64,000 nucleotides of DNA from contig CBDCGL010000011.1 of NCBI GenBank assembly GCA_965216755.1, positions 1,728,001 to 1,792,000 on the forward strand. Direction: 5' to 3'. This DNA is from Alphaproteobacteria bacterium. Its GTDB lineage: Bacteria > Pseudomonadota > Alphaproteobacteria > UBA7887. Of the stretch, positions 19,750 through 29,708 are shown piece after piece. Both the position numbers and the translations under genes were made by a program. Each line of letters starts with the position of its first letter. Positions within the stretch are counted from its first letter, which is position 1. A model generated the notes under the pieces. That model saw nothing but the letters and a program-made list of their open reading frames with translations, was not told where the DNA came from and ran no database searches.

Positions 19750-20557
19750 ATGACCATCACCAATCCCTCAGTTGCACGCGCCGGCGCCATGGCGCTGGTC
19801 CTCGCGACGATCGGAGTCGGCCCCGCCAAGGGCCAAGCCCTATCCGACGACATGCGCGTCGCCCTCACCGCCATGACCGTGCACACGCTCTATCACGAGC
19901 TCGCCCACGCCTATGTCGATCTTTACGACATCCCCCATTTTGGGCCGGGAGGAAGATGCCGCCGACAATTTCGCCAACATGCTGATGATCAAGCCGAATA
20001 ACGGCGCGCGGGCCGAAGACATGGCGTTGGCGGCGGCCGAAGGATGGCTGCTCAGCCAAGATGTTCTGGCCGGTGATGAGATCGATGAAGCGGCTTTCAT
20101 GGATGAGCATGGCTTGGATTTGCAACGTGGTTACAACATGCTGTGCCATATCGTCGGCTCGGATGCCGAGGGTTGGGTCGATCTCGCCGACGATCTGGAA
20201 TATGACGATGATCGCGTCGATTTTTGCGTCGAGGAGTTTGCCGATCGGTCCGATGACTGGCGCCGCGCGTTGGCACACGGCAGTCGCGAACAAAGCCGTG
20301 GGCGGTTTGTCCTGCGCTTTGGCGAAGCGGCAACTGACGAAACCGGACGCGCCAAAGAGATCGTGCGAAGTATCTCGGACCTGCCGACCGCACTCGACGA
20401 CCTGGGCCGCAAATGGTCGCCGGGCCGCACGGTGCCGGTAACATTTCAAGATTGTGACGGCGATGCCAACGCCTGGTGGGATCCCGAAACCAAAGCCCTG
20501 ACCCTGTGTTACGAGCTGATCGGCGAGTTCGAGTTGTTGTTTTCAGCGACGGAGTGA
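19750..20557 (+). pseudogene. Frameshifted DUF4344-type HExxH metallopeptidase
   Basis: Frame 1: signal peptide plus LYHELAHAYVDLYDIP. Frame 2: ILGREEDAADNFA...NAWWDP...LCYEL. One extra C in the C5 run at 19932-19936. Confidence 0.8.
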
Positions 20558-20573
20558 AGCCGTCGCACGCCTA

Positions 20574-20681
20574 TTTCTGTTATTTCGGTGACAGTTTACT
20601 AAATACGCCGCATTTTGCATGCTCTCTCTTTCGGCTACAAGATGTAGTGTATTTAGTAAACTGTCACCGAAATAACAGAAA
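20574..20681. repeat. Perfect 33-bp inverted repeat with 42-nt spacer (REPIN/MITE-like)
   Basis: TTTCTGTTATTTCGGTGACAGTTTACTAAATAC (20574-20606) and its exact reverse complement (20649-20681). Confidence 0.92.
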
Positions 20682-20694
20682 CACCGACTTGCAC

Positions 20695-21633
20695 TCAAAC
20701 AGGCCCGCCCTGCTCCAGCCAATGGGCAAGTTCCGGCGGCAGGCGTTCGGCCATGGCCTTTCGGTAAAGCTCAAGCTCGGCCGGTCCGAGCGTATCGTGC
20801 CATTGTCCGGTGGTCCCCCTAGCGAAAAAGCGGCTGTTGTCCAGCCATGCGTCCTTATCCGCGCCGGGCGCAATGCGATCCGCATTCTGCTTCATGGACT
20901 CAAACGTCGCAGCATCAACCAATTGCGGCCACAACGCCTCATCGACCACAATACGTGTTGCTGCAGCGACCCGCCGCATTTCACCGGCAAGATCACAGCG
21001 CATATCTTCGTAGTGAAACAAATGCAGATTGGGCAAATGACGAAACGCCCAAAACGTCGCCGCATGATGGAGCACGGACCAAGATGGCCACCCGTCTTGC
21101 TCCCAGTCAAAGAAGCCGGTGGTCATCCAAAGGCGGAAAAACTCCCGCACATCGCGGGGTGTCTCGGGCCAGTCGGGCCCGTTCGCAGTCTTGCGCGCCG
21201 GTGAATCTGGATTGCTGTTGAGAATATGATTGCGCATCGAAATAAAAATGTCGCGCGGGTCGCGGCCGACGAACAGGTATGTCGCATCCGGGAAATAAGG
21301 CAAACCATCCAGGGGCGTGTGCGTTTTGATGATGCGGCGATGGGTTTGCGCCTCCAACAGCGCCAACACATCGGCAATCGGCGTCGGCTCGCGTTCCAGC
21401 CACGGCGAAATCCGGCCGAGTGGGCGGTCGAACATCGTCTTTTGAAAGACCAGCAACGCGCAGATCATCTGCATCCACGTCGTACCAGCCTTATAGGCCG
21501 TGCAGACAAAAATATCATCAGAACGTGGCCTGAAATCGGCCCAGCGGGCACTGTCAAAAAATCGATGGTCGTAGCGGCGCGTCTGTTGCGGCCGTGTTGT
21601 CATCGCAACGATACCGTGCGACGAGACGCTCAA
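20695..21633 (-). CDS. PAPS-dependent sulfotransferase (start may be ATG at 21603)
   Basis: 5'PSB YKAGTTW, KTHTP, 3'PB RDPRDIFIS, FFARGTTGQW. Confidence 0.92.
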   Translation of the reverse strand: MSVSSHGIVAMTTRPQQTRRYDHRFFDSARWADFRPRSDDIFVCTAYKAGTTWMQMICALLVFQKTMFDRPLGRISPWLEREPTPIADVLALLEAQTHRRIIKTHTPLDGLPYFPDATYLFVGRDPRDIFISMRNHILNSNPDSPARKTANGPDWPETPRDVREFFRLWMTTGFFDWEQDGWPSWSVLHHAATFWAFRHLPNLHLFHYEDMRCDLAGEMRRVAAATRIVVDEALWPQLVDAATFESMKQNADRIAPGADKDAWLDNSRFFARGTTGQWHDTLGPAELELYRKAMAERLPPELAHWLEQGGPV

Positions 21634-23330
21634 TGTCGCGCAAGGGGACCGCGCAAAATGCGGCCTGGCAGGGCACCCGTGTGCACATTGTCCCGCAACA
21701 CCGTCTGGCCGGCAACGATCGTTGCCTTGAAGCCGTCGGCATATTGTTTGAGCCGTCGGGCGCCGGCCGGCAGATCGTAAACGACCTCGGGCATGCGCGG
21801 GCCGACGGCATCCGGATCGAGAACGTTGATGTCCGCGACCTGACCCTCGCGTAACAAACCACGATCATGAAACCCCCATCGCGTCGCCGTGTCGTAGGTG
21901 ATCAACCGCACGGCTTCCTCTAAAGTGAACGCTTGCTGGTCGCGCACCCAATGACTCAAAAGGTGGGTCTGCAAGGAACTATCCATGATTTGTGAAACGT
22001 GCGCGCCGGAATCGGAAAACGTCACGACCGAATGCTTTTCCTTCATCAACGCCAGCGCATCGTCTTGATTTTCGTTCGCTAATGATTGGCGGAAAAACAA
22101 TTTGAGATCATTGGCCATTGCCAAGTCGATCATGGCTTGGGCCGGCGCAACACCGCGCTCGGACGCGATCTCCGCGACGGACCGATGCGGCCGCGCGACC
22201 TTGTCCATCACGTAAAAAATATCCCATTCCGGCGGCCGCGCCTCGGCACCGACTATTTCCGGCCCATCGTACGACTGGCTCGCCACCTCGACCAGTTTGG
22301 CGCGTAGCCCTGGGTCACGAAGCTTTTCCTTTTGGGCGTCCAACGGCAGCGGGCGCAATTCACGCCACACGTCCCATGTGTCGAACGGCGTCGTCGTTTC
22401 AAAAGATAAGATGGTGCTGAGATCGCGACTGTGAACCTGAGTGAAAATTCGCGCGCCGGCCAGATTGGCCTGATCGATGAGCTTGTAAAATTCCCGCCAT
22501 TGGCCAGGTCGATCGCGAAAACTCAAACTGCCAAACGTGATCGGGCGGCCCGTCTCGATCGATAGATCACGCAAGTTATTGTAGACGCGGGTCATATGGG
22601 CCATATCGCCACGTTCCATGGCCAGCTCGAGAATACCTGCGCCGATGTCACCCATGCCGCGCACGATCGCCTGAACCTCGGAGAACGGCGCCACCCGGCT
22701 TGCCACTGGTCGATCGTCCGACGTCAAGTGGCTCGGCGTCCGTGAGGTCGAAAATCCAATCGCGCCGGCTTTTACGGCTTCTTGAACATGGCGCACCATG
22801 GCCGCCAGATCGTCCTCCGTCGGCGCATCCTCGAACGCACGCTCGCCCATGACATAGGTGCGCAACGCCGAATGGCCGATATAGCCGCTATAGTTGATCG
22901 CCTTCGGCAGCGCATCGACGGCGTCGAGATATTCGGGATAGCTTTCCCATTGCCAGTCGATGCCCGCCAGCATGGCTTCACGGGCAATATCCTCGGCGCG
23001 TTCCAGGTTTCGGAAAACGAAATCAACTTCTGTTTCTTTGCACGGCGCCAATGTAAAGCCGCAATTCCCCATCACAACCGTCGTGACACCGTGATAACAG
23101 GAACAGCTGCCCAGCTGATCCCAGAAGATCTGAGCATCCATGTGCGTGTGGCCATCGACAAATCCCGGCGTGACCACGTGCCCGTCCGCATCGATGGTCT
23201 CGGCCGCAGGCGCCGCGATCCGCCCAATATGCGTGATCATGCCATCCTTGACGCCGACATCTGCCCAATAGCGCGGCAGGCCCGATCCATCGATCACCAT
23301 GCCGTTCTTAATCACCATGTCGTAGCTCAC
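21630..23330 (-). CDS. N-acyl-D-amino-acid deacylase family amidohydrolase
   Basis: PGFVDGHTHMD, GNCG, SDSGAH, RGLLREG..ADI; GGAGG RBS before GTG. Confidence 0.92.
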   Translation of the reverse strand: MSYDMVIKNGMVIDGSGLPRYWADVGVKDGMITHIGRIAAPAAETIDADGHVVTPGFVDGHTHMDAQIFWDQLGSCSCYHGVTTVVMGNCGFTLAPCKETEVDFVFRNLERAEDIAREAMLAGIDWQWESYPEYLDAVDALPKAINYSGYIGHSALRTYVMGERAFEDAPTEDDLAAMVRHVQEAVKAGAIGFSTSRTPSHLTSDDRPVASRVAPFSEVQAIVRGMGDIGAGILELAMERGDMAHMTRVYNNLRDLSIETGRPITFGSLSFRDRPGQWREFYKLIDQANLAGARIFTQVHSRDLSTILSFETTTPFDTWDVWRELRPLPLDAQKEKLRDPGLRAKLVEVASQSYDGPEIVGAEARPPEWDIFYVMDKVARPHRSVAEIASERGVAPAQAMIDLAMANDLKLFFRQSLANENQDDALALMKEKHSVVTFSDSGAHVSQIMDSSLQTHLLSHWVRDQQAFTLEEAVRLITYDTATRWGFHDRGLLREGQVADINVLDPDAVGPRMPEVVYDLPAGARRLKQYADGFKATIVAGQTVLRDNVHTGALPGRILRGPLARH

Positions 23331-23501
23331 AGCCAATTCCTCCACGCACAGACGGGCGAACAGGGCAACGTTACCACAATTTCGATGTGCGACGGCGGCG
23401 GCGCGCGACGAGCTGATGCAACATTTCGTCAACTGGTCCTCCAGTCGATTTCGTGCCAAATATGCGCCTACACTTGGTTACAAGTACTGGAGTAGCAACA
23501 C

Positions 23502-24341
23502 ATGGCAACCGCGTTGACCACCGAACATACCGAAGGCGTAACGGCGCCCCTGCAATTCACAACCGATACCGGCGAACCGCCGGTCGCGCTGGTGAAAGTG
23601 CCCGGTGCCGGCCTTGATGATCGCTTGGGCCAATTCGCATATCGCGACGTGTTTATCGAAGACGGCCGGCCGCGACGCGCGCAATTCACGCTTGATGGCG
23701 ACGGGTTCGCGCTGTTGGACGATGTATCCGCAACCAAGGATTTTTATGACGATGACGAAGTCCGCCGGGTCTATTACCCAGAGATGGAAAAACTCATCAT
23801 ACGGGAGAGCGGCGCGTCGAAAGTGGTGATATTCGACCACACGGCCCGGATCGACGACCGCGCCGCCCAAGACGCGCGCAAGATCAGGCCGCCGGCGGTC
23901 ATCGTCCACAACGACTTCACAGAGCAATCGGCGGAGCAAAGGGTTCGCGACCTGCTGCCCCCAGACCAAGCCGAGGCATTGCTGCAAAAACGCTTTGGCT
24001 CCATCAATGTGTGGCGGCCGATACGAAGCCCGGTCGAAACCGCGCCCTTGGCCATATGCGGCTATAACGACATCGTCTACGAGGACTTGATCCTGTCGGA
24101 GCGGCATTACCCCGACGGTCGGATTGGCCGGATCTATCATTTGGCCTATAACCCCGCGCAAAAGTGGATCTACTATCCGCACATGACCCGCGACGAAGTC
24201 GTCCTGTTGAAATGCTACGATTCGAAGACCGATGGCACAGCGCGCTGGACCGCGCATGGGTCGTTCCAGGATCCGACCAGCCGCGGCGGCGCGGCGCCAC
24301 GAGAAAGCATCGAAATCCGTTCGATGGTCTTTTACGACTGA
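23502..24341 (+). CDS. CmcJ/NvfI/AsaB-family oxidoreductase
   Basis: FDHT.R, VHNDFT, INVWRPI, PLAIC, TAHGSF.DP, RESIEIR. Confidence 0.85.
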   Translation: MATALTTEHTEGVTAPLQFTTDTGEPPVALVKVPGAGLDDRLGQFAYRDVFIEDGRPRRAQFTLDGDGFALLDDVSATKDFYDDDEVRRVYYPEMEKLIIRESGASKVVIFDHTARIDDRAAQDARKIRPPAVIVHNDFTEQSAEQRVRDLLPPDQAEALLQKRFGSINVWRPIRSPVETAPLAICGYNDIVYEDLILSERHYPDGRIGRIYHLAYNPAQKWIYYPHMTRDEVVLLKCYDSKTDGTARWTAHGSFQDPTSRGGAAPRESIEIRSMVFYD

Positions 24342-24370
24342 TTTTGATCGAACTGTGCGCTCGCCCGGAT

Positions 24371-25390
24371 ATGCGCCCTTTTCTTGATTCCGCGAACATA
24401 GCCGGCGATCGCGCCCGGTTGGCAGAACGGATGGCACGCGACGGATATCTGTATTTCCGTCGGCTGCTGCCTGCGGAACCGATTGATAATTTGCGCAGCG
24501 AACTATTAGCGATCGCGGGGCAAGCCGGCTGGCTCAGGCAGGACCGGCCGCCCACTGAAGCAATCGCGGACCCCGGTGCCGCATGCGCTGACCCCGAGGA
24601 AAACTTCGTTGCTGTACTGGCACGGTTCTACCGTCTGGAAGCGCTCCACGCGCTGAAACATCATCCGGCGCTGTTTGGCGTTTTCGAAAGCCTGCTCGGC
24701 GACGAGGTATTTGTACACCCACTAGTGATTCCGCGCGCGGTCTTTCCGGCGCGCGATGACCTCACCACGCCACCGCACCAGGATTACGTCCACATCCAAG
24801 GCACGCCAGAGACATACACGGCATGGGTGCCGCTGTCGGACTGCCCCAAGAGTATGGGCCCGCTTGCCGTCGCCAAAGGATCCCATACTGCGGGCGTGCG
24901 CGATTTCGACGTCTCAACGGGCGCGGGTGCCATCGCCGTGACCGACCCATTGCACGGCCAATGGCACTGCAACGACTTCGTCGTCGGTGATGTTCTAATT
25001 TTCCACAGCATGACCGTACATCGAGGCCTACCGAATAAGAGCGACAAGCTGCGGCAATCGCTGGATATGCGTTATCAGAGAGCCAGTGATCCCGTTGCCG
25101 AGGTCTCCCTGTCGCCCTATGCCGGCACCGGCACGTGGGATGAGATCTATGCGAACTGGCCCCACAATGGTTTGAAGTATTACTGGCGCGATGTGGGGCT
25201 CCAAATCGCACCGTTCGATCGACGGTATTACGACGATCGCGATCGCAAGGCATTCGCGATGGCGCGCCGCGGAGACACCGCCGCCCGGCCAAGTTTATTG
25301 CGCATCATGCAGCGCGACCCTGATCCCGCGAAACGGCAAACAGCCACGGAATTGATGCGCGCGTTGGAAAGCGAAGACCGACGTCTCTAG
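24371..25390 (+). CDS. Phytanoyl-CoA dioxygenase family Fe/2OG enzyme
   Basis: PPHQD, WVPL, GSH, GDVLIFHS.TVH, R.S.D.RY. Confidence 0.9.
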   Translation: MRPFLDSANIAGDRARLAERMARDGYLYFRRLLPAEPIDNLRSELLAIAGQAGWLRQDRPPTEAIADPGAACADPEENFVAVLARFYRLEALHALKHHPALFGVFESLLGDEVFVHPLVIPRAVFPARDDLTTPPHQDYVHIQGTPETYTAWVPLSDCPKSMGPLAVAKGSHTAGVRDFDVSTGAGAIAVTDPLHGQWHCNDFVVGDVLIFHSMTVHRGLPNKSDKLRQSLDMRYQRASDPVAEVSLSPYAGTGTWDEIYANWPHNGLKYYWRDVGLQIAPFDRRYYDDRDRKAFAMARRGDTAARPSLLRIMQRDPDPAKRQTATELMRALESEDRRL

Positions 25391-26292
25391 CGGGCGAGCA
25401 GCAATACGATGATCCCCACCGCGATCAAGACAACGCCGATGATCTCCTTTCGGTTCGGGTGTTCGTGAAAAAAGAAGTACGAAACGGCAAAGGTGAACAC
25501 CAACTCAATCTGCGCCAGCACGCGCACATAGGCGACCGTCTGCAGAGTCATGGCGGTGAACCATCCCGCCGACGCGCACACCCCCGCCAACCCAACCAAG
25601 CTGGACGGTCGCCAGTTGCGGAGCACGGTAGTAATCTGGCCCGGTTCGCGCACGCGCATATAGGCCATCATGACCAGCGTTTGGAATACAGTCACACAGG
25701 CCAACGTGAAAGCCGCCTGCATGACCACGCCGGGTCCCGCGATCGCCAGTGACGCACCACGATAAAACACCGCCGATGCACCGAAAAACGCCCCTGCCGC
25801 CAGGCCGATCAGTGCCGATTTTTGTGCCAAGGCAAGAAGCACCGTACGCGGCGTCGCCGGACTGCGCGCGACAGAAATGGTCATCACGCCGGCCAGACCA
25901 ATCAGAATCGCAATAGCCGCGCCCGGACTAATCGTGTCACCGAGTACGATGATCCCGAACACGGCCGCCTGGACCGGCTCTGTCTTCGAATAGGCCGTGG
26001 CCACCGCGAAATTGCGCAGCGAAAAAGAATAGACCAACAGGAAAGTCGCAAAAATCTGTGCCAGGCCGCCAAGCGCGCCGTAGAACGCAAAACCGGCGTT
26101 TGGCGTCGGCCACGCCAGGTCGAAGCCATAGTGCAGGACGAGCACATAAATGATGGCGATGGGAAAGCCGAAGCCGAAGCGCACGAATGTTGCCCCGGCT
26201 GTGCTCAAGCGTCCTTTGAGGTGCCGCTGCAGCGCTGAACGCGCGTTTTGCAGAAACGCGGCCGCGATTGTAATCGGCACCCAAAGCTCCAC
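25387..26292 (-). CDS. DMT/EamA-family transporter
   Basis: About 10 TM; QNARSALQR, YSKTEP motifs. Confidence 0.88.
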   Translation of the reverse strand: MELWVPITIAAAFLQNARSALQRHLKGRLSTAGATFVRFGFGFPIAIIYVLVLHYGFDLAWPTPNAGFAFYGALGGLAQIFATFLLVYSFSLRNFAVATAYSKTEPVQAAVFGIIVLGDTISPGAAIAILIGLAGVMTISVARSPATPRTVLLALAQKSALIGLAAGAFFGASAVFYRGASLAIAGPGVVMQAAFTLACVTVFQTLVMMAYMRVREPGQITTVLRNWRPSSLVGLAGVCASAGWFTAMTLQTVAYVRVLAQIELVFTFAVSYFFFHEHPNRKEIIGVVLIAVGIIVLLLAR

Positions 26293-26350
26293 GGCGATCC
26301 CTCTCGGCGGGTTCGATATGAACGTAACTGTCGACAGTAATGAAACAGAT

Positions 26351-26995
26351 CTAGGCGCGCTTGACCTGCCCGCGCTCAATCAAATAAAGGGCGTCGGTCA
26401 AATCTGCGGAATGGGTTGCATCCGATTCGGACAACAGAACAGACAAACCTTCGCCCTTCAGGTTCGACAGCACATCCGCCAGCCGGCGCGCCAACGCCGG
26501 CGCCACGCCTTCAAATGGTTCATCAAGCAGCAATAGCTTGCGTCCACATATCAGACCACGTGCCAGAGCCACCAATTTTTGCTGGCCACCGCTCAACTGC
26601 ATGGCGCGCCGATCGGCCATTTGCGCGACCTCGGGCATGCGTTCGAAGACCCATGCCAAGCGGGCTGGCGCATCGGTCAACCGGGTCGCCCAAGCCGGAA
26701 TCATGATGTTTTCTTCAACCGTCAATTCGGGAACCAGACGGCGATCTTCGGGCATGTAACCGATGCCGAGCGTGGCCCGCGCGTGCGACGGCTGGCCGAG
26801 CAAACTTACCGTCTCATAGTGGACATTCCCGGATCGCGCACGGACCAGGCCCATAATCGCTCGCATGCAGGTGGTTTTGCCGGCACCGTTGCGCCCCATC
26901 AGCCCGGTCATCGATCCGTTCGCGACGTCAAAGGCAACTTCCCGCAAGATCGTTGCAGCCGCGATCGATACCGTCAAATTCTCGACCTTAAGCAT
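26351..26995 (-). CDS. ABC ATP-binding protein, LivF-like
   Basis: GRNGAGKT, LSGGQQ, LLDEPFEG. Confidence 0.93.
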   Translation of the reverse strand: MLKVENLTVSIAAATILREVAFDVANGSMTGLMGRNGAGKTTCMRAIMGLVRARSGNVHYETVSLLGQPSHARATLGIGYMPEDRRLVPELTVEENIMIPAWATRLTDAPARLAWVFERMPEVAQMADRRAMQLSGGQQKLVALARGLICGRKLLLLDEPFEGVAPALARRLADVLSNLKGEGLSVLLSESDATHSADLTDALYLIERGQVKRA

Positions 26996-27773
26996 CGGTG
27001 CGGCCGTCCCGCGATTGTCCGGCATGCAGTTCCGGGCCAATGACATAGGTGCGTACATCGTCGTTGGACAAAACGTCGCCCGGCGGCCCGTCAGAAATGA
27101 TGGTGCCATCATAGAACGCGATCACACGCTTTGCGTAGCGACCAACGATTTCCATATCATGCTCGACAAACAGCACGGTCACGTTGGCCAACGCAAGCGC
27201 CGCCATGATGCGGTCCATCACCGCCAATTTCTCATCGACACTGATGCCACTGGTTGGTTCGTCCATCAAAATCATACTTGGGTTACCAACCATTGCCATA
27301 GCAATATCCAGCAGCTTTCGCTGACCTTGCGGCAATTCTTTTGCGGGTTGATTGCGCACATCACTGAGACCAAATCGATCGATCACGCCCGACGCGTCGT
27401 CCAGAGCCGCAGCAGTCCGCAATGGGCGCCAAAATCCCGGACGGGACCGGCGCGCGATCCCTTGCGCCACCAGCATATTGTCAAAGACGCTCAATTCGCC
27501 AAAGATCTGCGGGATCTGAAAAGACCGATGCATCCCCAAGCGCGTGATCGTCCGCGGCGTTCGCCCCGTGATTTCTTGGCCCCGATACCTGATGCTGCCA
27601 GAGTCCGGTACCAGATAACCGGTCACCATGTTGATAAACGTCGTCTTGCCGGCGCCATTGGCGCCGATCACACCGACAACCTCGTCCGGAGCAATGACGA
27701 TATTGACGTCAGCGGCCGCGACAACAGCGCCGAACGCTTTGTTCACGCTAGACGCCTCAAGCACCGCATTCAT
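26988..27773 (-). CDS. ABC ATP-binding protein, LivG-like
   Basis: GANGAGKT, RSFQIP, MDEPTSG, VEHDM. Confidence 0.93.
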   Translation of the reverse strand: MNAVLEASSVNKAFGAVVAAADVNIVIAPDEVVGVIGANGAGKTTFINMVTGYLVPDSGSIRYRGQEITGRTPRTITRLGMHRSFQIPQIFGELSVFDNMLVAQGIARRSRPGFWRPLRTAAALDDASGVIDRFGLSDVRNQPAKELPQGQRKLLDIAMAMVGNPSMILMDEPTSGISVDEKLAVMDRIMAALALANVTVLFVEHDMEIVGRYAKRVIAFYDGTIISDGPPGDVLSNDDVRTYVIGPELHAGQSRDGRTDA

Positions 27774-28741
27774 GACGCCCGCGCCGCCCCTAATCGGCTG
27801 AAGATTGACCACAACCCACCCGGCAAAAACACAATCACCAGCAATAGCGTGCTGCCCAACAGCATCTGCCAGAAGCCCGGCGCATATTGCAGCGCATAAG
27901 TGCGCACAAGCTCGAAAATGATCGCGCCGATGAAGGGAGCCGCCACATTGCCGGTGCCGCTCAGGATTGCGACGAACACGAACTCTCCCGATTTGGTCCA
28001 ATAGGTGAAATCTTCCGGCGTCACGTGACCGATCAGCAACGCGGTCAGGACTCCGCCAATCCCGGAAACGATGGCGGCGATCACATATTTGGTGTGGATG
28101 GCACCTTCCACCGACGCCCCCAGATATTCCACCCGGACTTCGTTTTCCCGTATACCTTCGCCGATAAAGCCGAGCGTCGCGTTGAGGTATCGGTGCACGG
28201 CGACCGCGCAGCCATAGGCCAGCAAACAGGTCAATGCATAGAGCAGAAATGTCAGCCGCGTTTCCCCACCATCTGGGGCGAAGCCAAAAAATGTTGGCGG
28301 CGCAACGCTAAAGCCATCCGTGCTGCCCAGCTCGGCGCTCTTGACCAAGATCCCAAACAGGATCATTGAGAACGCCATATTCAACATCGCGAAGAAAATA
28401 CCGCGGTAGCGTCGCGTGAGAAAACCCAGCGCGAAGGCGACACCTCCGGATACCGCCGCGCCAAATATCAGCAAAACAAAAAAATCAGATATGCCGAGCT
28501 TAACCCCAGCCATGGCCGCCGCATAACCGCCCAAGCCGAAAAACAAACCTTGGCCAAATGACACCAAACCGGCACGCATCAATACCAGCAGGCCCAAAAC
28601 CACCAGTCCATTAGCAAGCGACAAGCCGATCGTATTGACCGCCCAGCCCGGTAGCAACGGATGAACCGCGAGCATTACCGCCAGCGCCACGGTCAAGCCG
28701 ACCAGCGTCAAATCCCGGTGTCGCGCCATGCCGTTAGACAT
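27770..28741 (-). CDS. Branched-chain ABC permease, LivM-like
   Basis: GLVSFGQG..FG.GGY, IRENE.R...G. Confidence 0.92.
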   Translation of the reverse strand: MSNGMARHRDLTLVGLTVALAVMLAVHPLLPGWAVNTIGLSLANGLVVLGLLVLMRAGLVSFGQGLFFGLGGYAAAMAGVKLGISDFFVLLIFGAAVSGGVAFALGFLTRRYRGIFFAMLNMAFSMILFGILVKSAELGSTDGFSVAPPTFFGFAPDGGETRLTFLLYALTCLLAYGCAVAVHRYLNATLGFIGEGIRENEVRVEYLGASVEGAIHTKYVIAAIVSGIGGVLTALLIGHVTPEDFTYWTKSGEFVFVAILSGTGNVAAPFIGAIIFELVRTYALQYAPGFWQMLLGSTLLLVIVFLPGGLWSIFSRLGAARAS

Positions 28742-29637
28742 CAGATCTTACGCACAACGGTTTTGCCGAACAGGCCCTGCGGCCGCAGGATCAAAACCAA
28801 TGACATCACGGCATAAACAACGAACAGTTCGACTTCCGGTAACTTGTAGACGGCAAACGCACGGCCCAGGCCGACCACCAGAGCACCGATCGCGGCGCCC
28901 TCGATACTGCCCAATCCACCAATGACGACAACCGCAAAAGCCAGCACGATAATTTCAACGCCAAGACCCGGATTGACCGAAATTAAAGGCGCCGTAAACG
29001 CACCACCGAGGGCTCCCAGCACCGCGCCAACAACGAACGTGAAGGTGAAAATTCGTGCGACATTGATGCCCATGGCTTGCGCCATTTCGCGATCGAATAT
29101 GACCGCACTCAGCAGCTTACCGGGCCGCGTCCGATTGATCCCAAACCAGACCAATCCGCCCAGCACTACCGCAAGTCCAACCAGCGCGAGATCGTAAACA
29201 ACAAACGGTATGCCGCTTAGACTGACGTTGCCCAGCAGAAAATGCGGTTGATACGGCATATAGGACTCGACACCCCAAACCGCTTTCATGACATCTTCCA
29301 AAATTAGGAATATGGCAAACGTGATCAGCACAACGACGATCTCATCGCGGCCATACATCCATTGCAGAATGCCCCGTTCGATCACCAGGCCAAAGACCAC
29401 GCCAACAATGATCGCAGCGACAAACAAGACCAGATAGCTGCCTAATGGCGGCCAGCCGCCGGCAAAATACTCACCGATCAACCATGCCGCCGTGTAGGCG
29501 CCCAGGGCGTACAAGCTGCCATGCGCCACATTCAGGATTTTCATGACGCCATAAATCAGGGTTAGCCCGATGGCCACGATAAATAACCACGCGGCATAGA
29601 CGACGCCTTCGACAAAAATGACCGTTAGTGTTTGCAT
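28741..29637 (-). CDS. Branched-chain ABC permease, LivH-like
   Basis: GLTLIYGVM.ILNVAHG, VVIGGLGS, RPQGLFG. Confidence 0.92.
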   Translation of the reverse strand: MQTLTVIFVEGVVYAAWLFIVAIGLTLIYGVMKILNVAHGSLYALGAYTAAWLIGEYFAGGWPPLGSYLVLFVAAIIVGVVFGLVIERGILQWMYGRDEIVVVLITFAIFLILEDVMKAVWGVESYMPYQPHFLLGNVSLSGIPFVVYDLALVGLAVVLGGLVWFGINRTRPGKLLSAVIFDREMAQAMGINVARIFTFTFVVGAVLGALGGAFTAPLISVNPGLGVEIIVLAFAVVVIGGLGSIEGAAIGALVVGLGRAFAVYKLPEVELFVVYAVMSLVLILRPQGLFGKTVVRKI

Positions 29638-29708
29638 AGCGTGCTCAGGGATAAGGAAATTTGAGCAGATGGCCGGCGCCAGCTAGTAGCGCGCCGTCCG
29701 CTGATATC

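Noticed and set aside
20574-20681. CRISPR mini-array (33-bp unit, 42-bp spacer)
   Set aside because: The units are inverted rather than direct, there are only two, and there are no cas genes
23478-24437. Long antisense ORFs (also 26865-27899, 37507-38310, 39740-40684 same-strand alternate frame, 43193-44095)
   Set aside because: Shadows of well-supported genes, expected at high GC; no motifs
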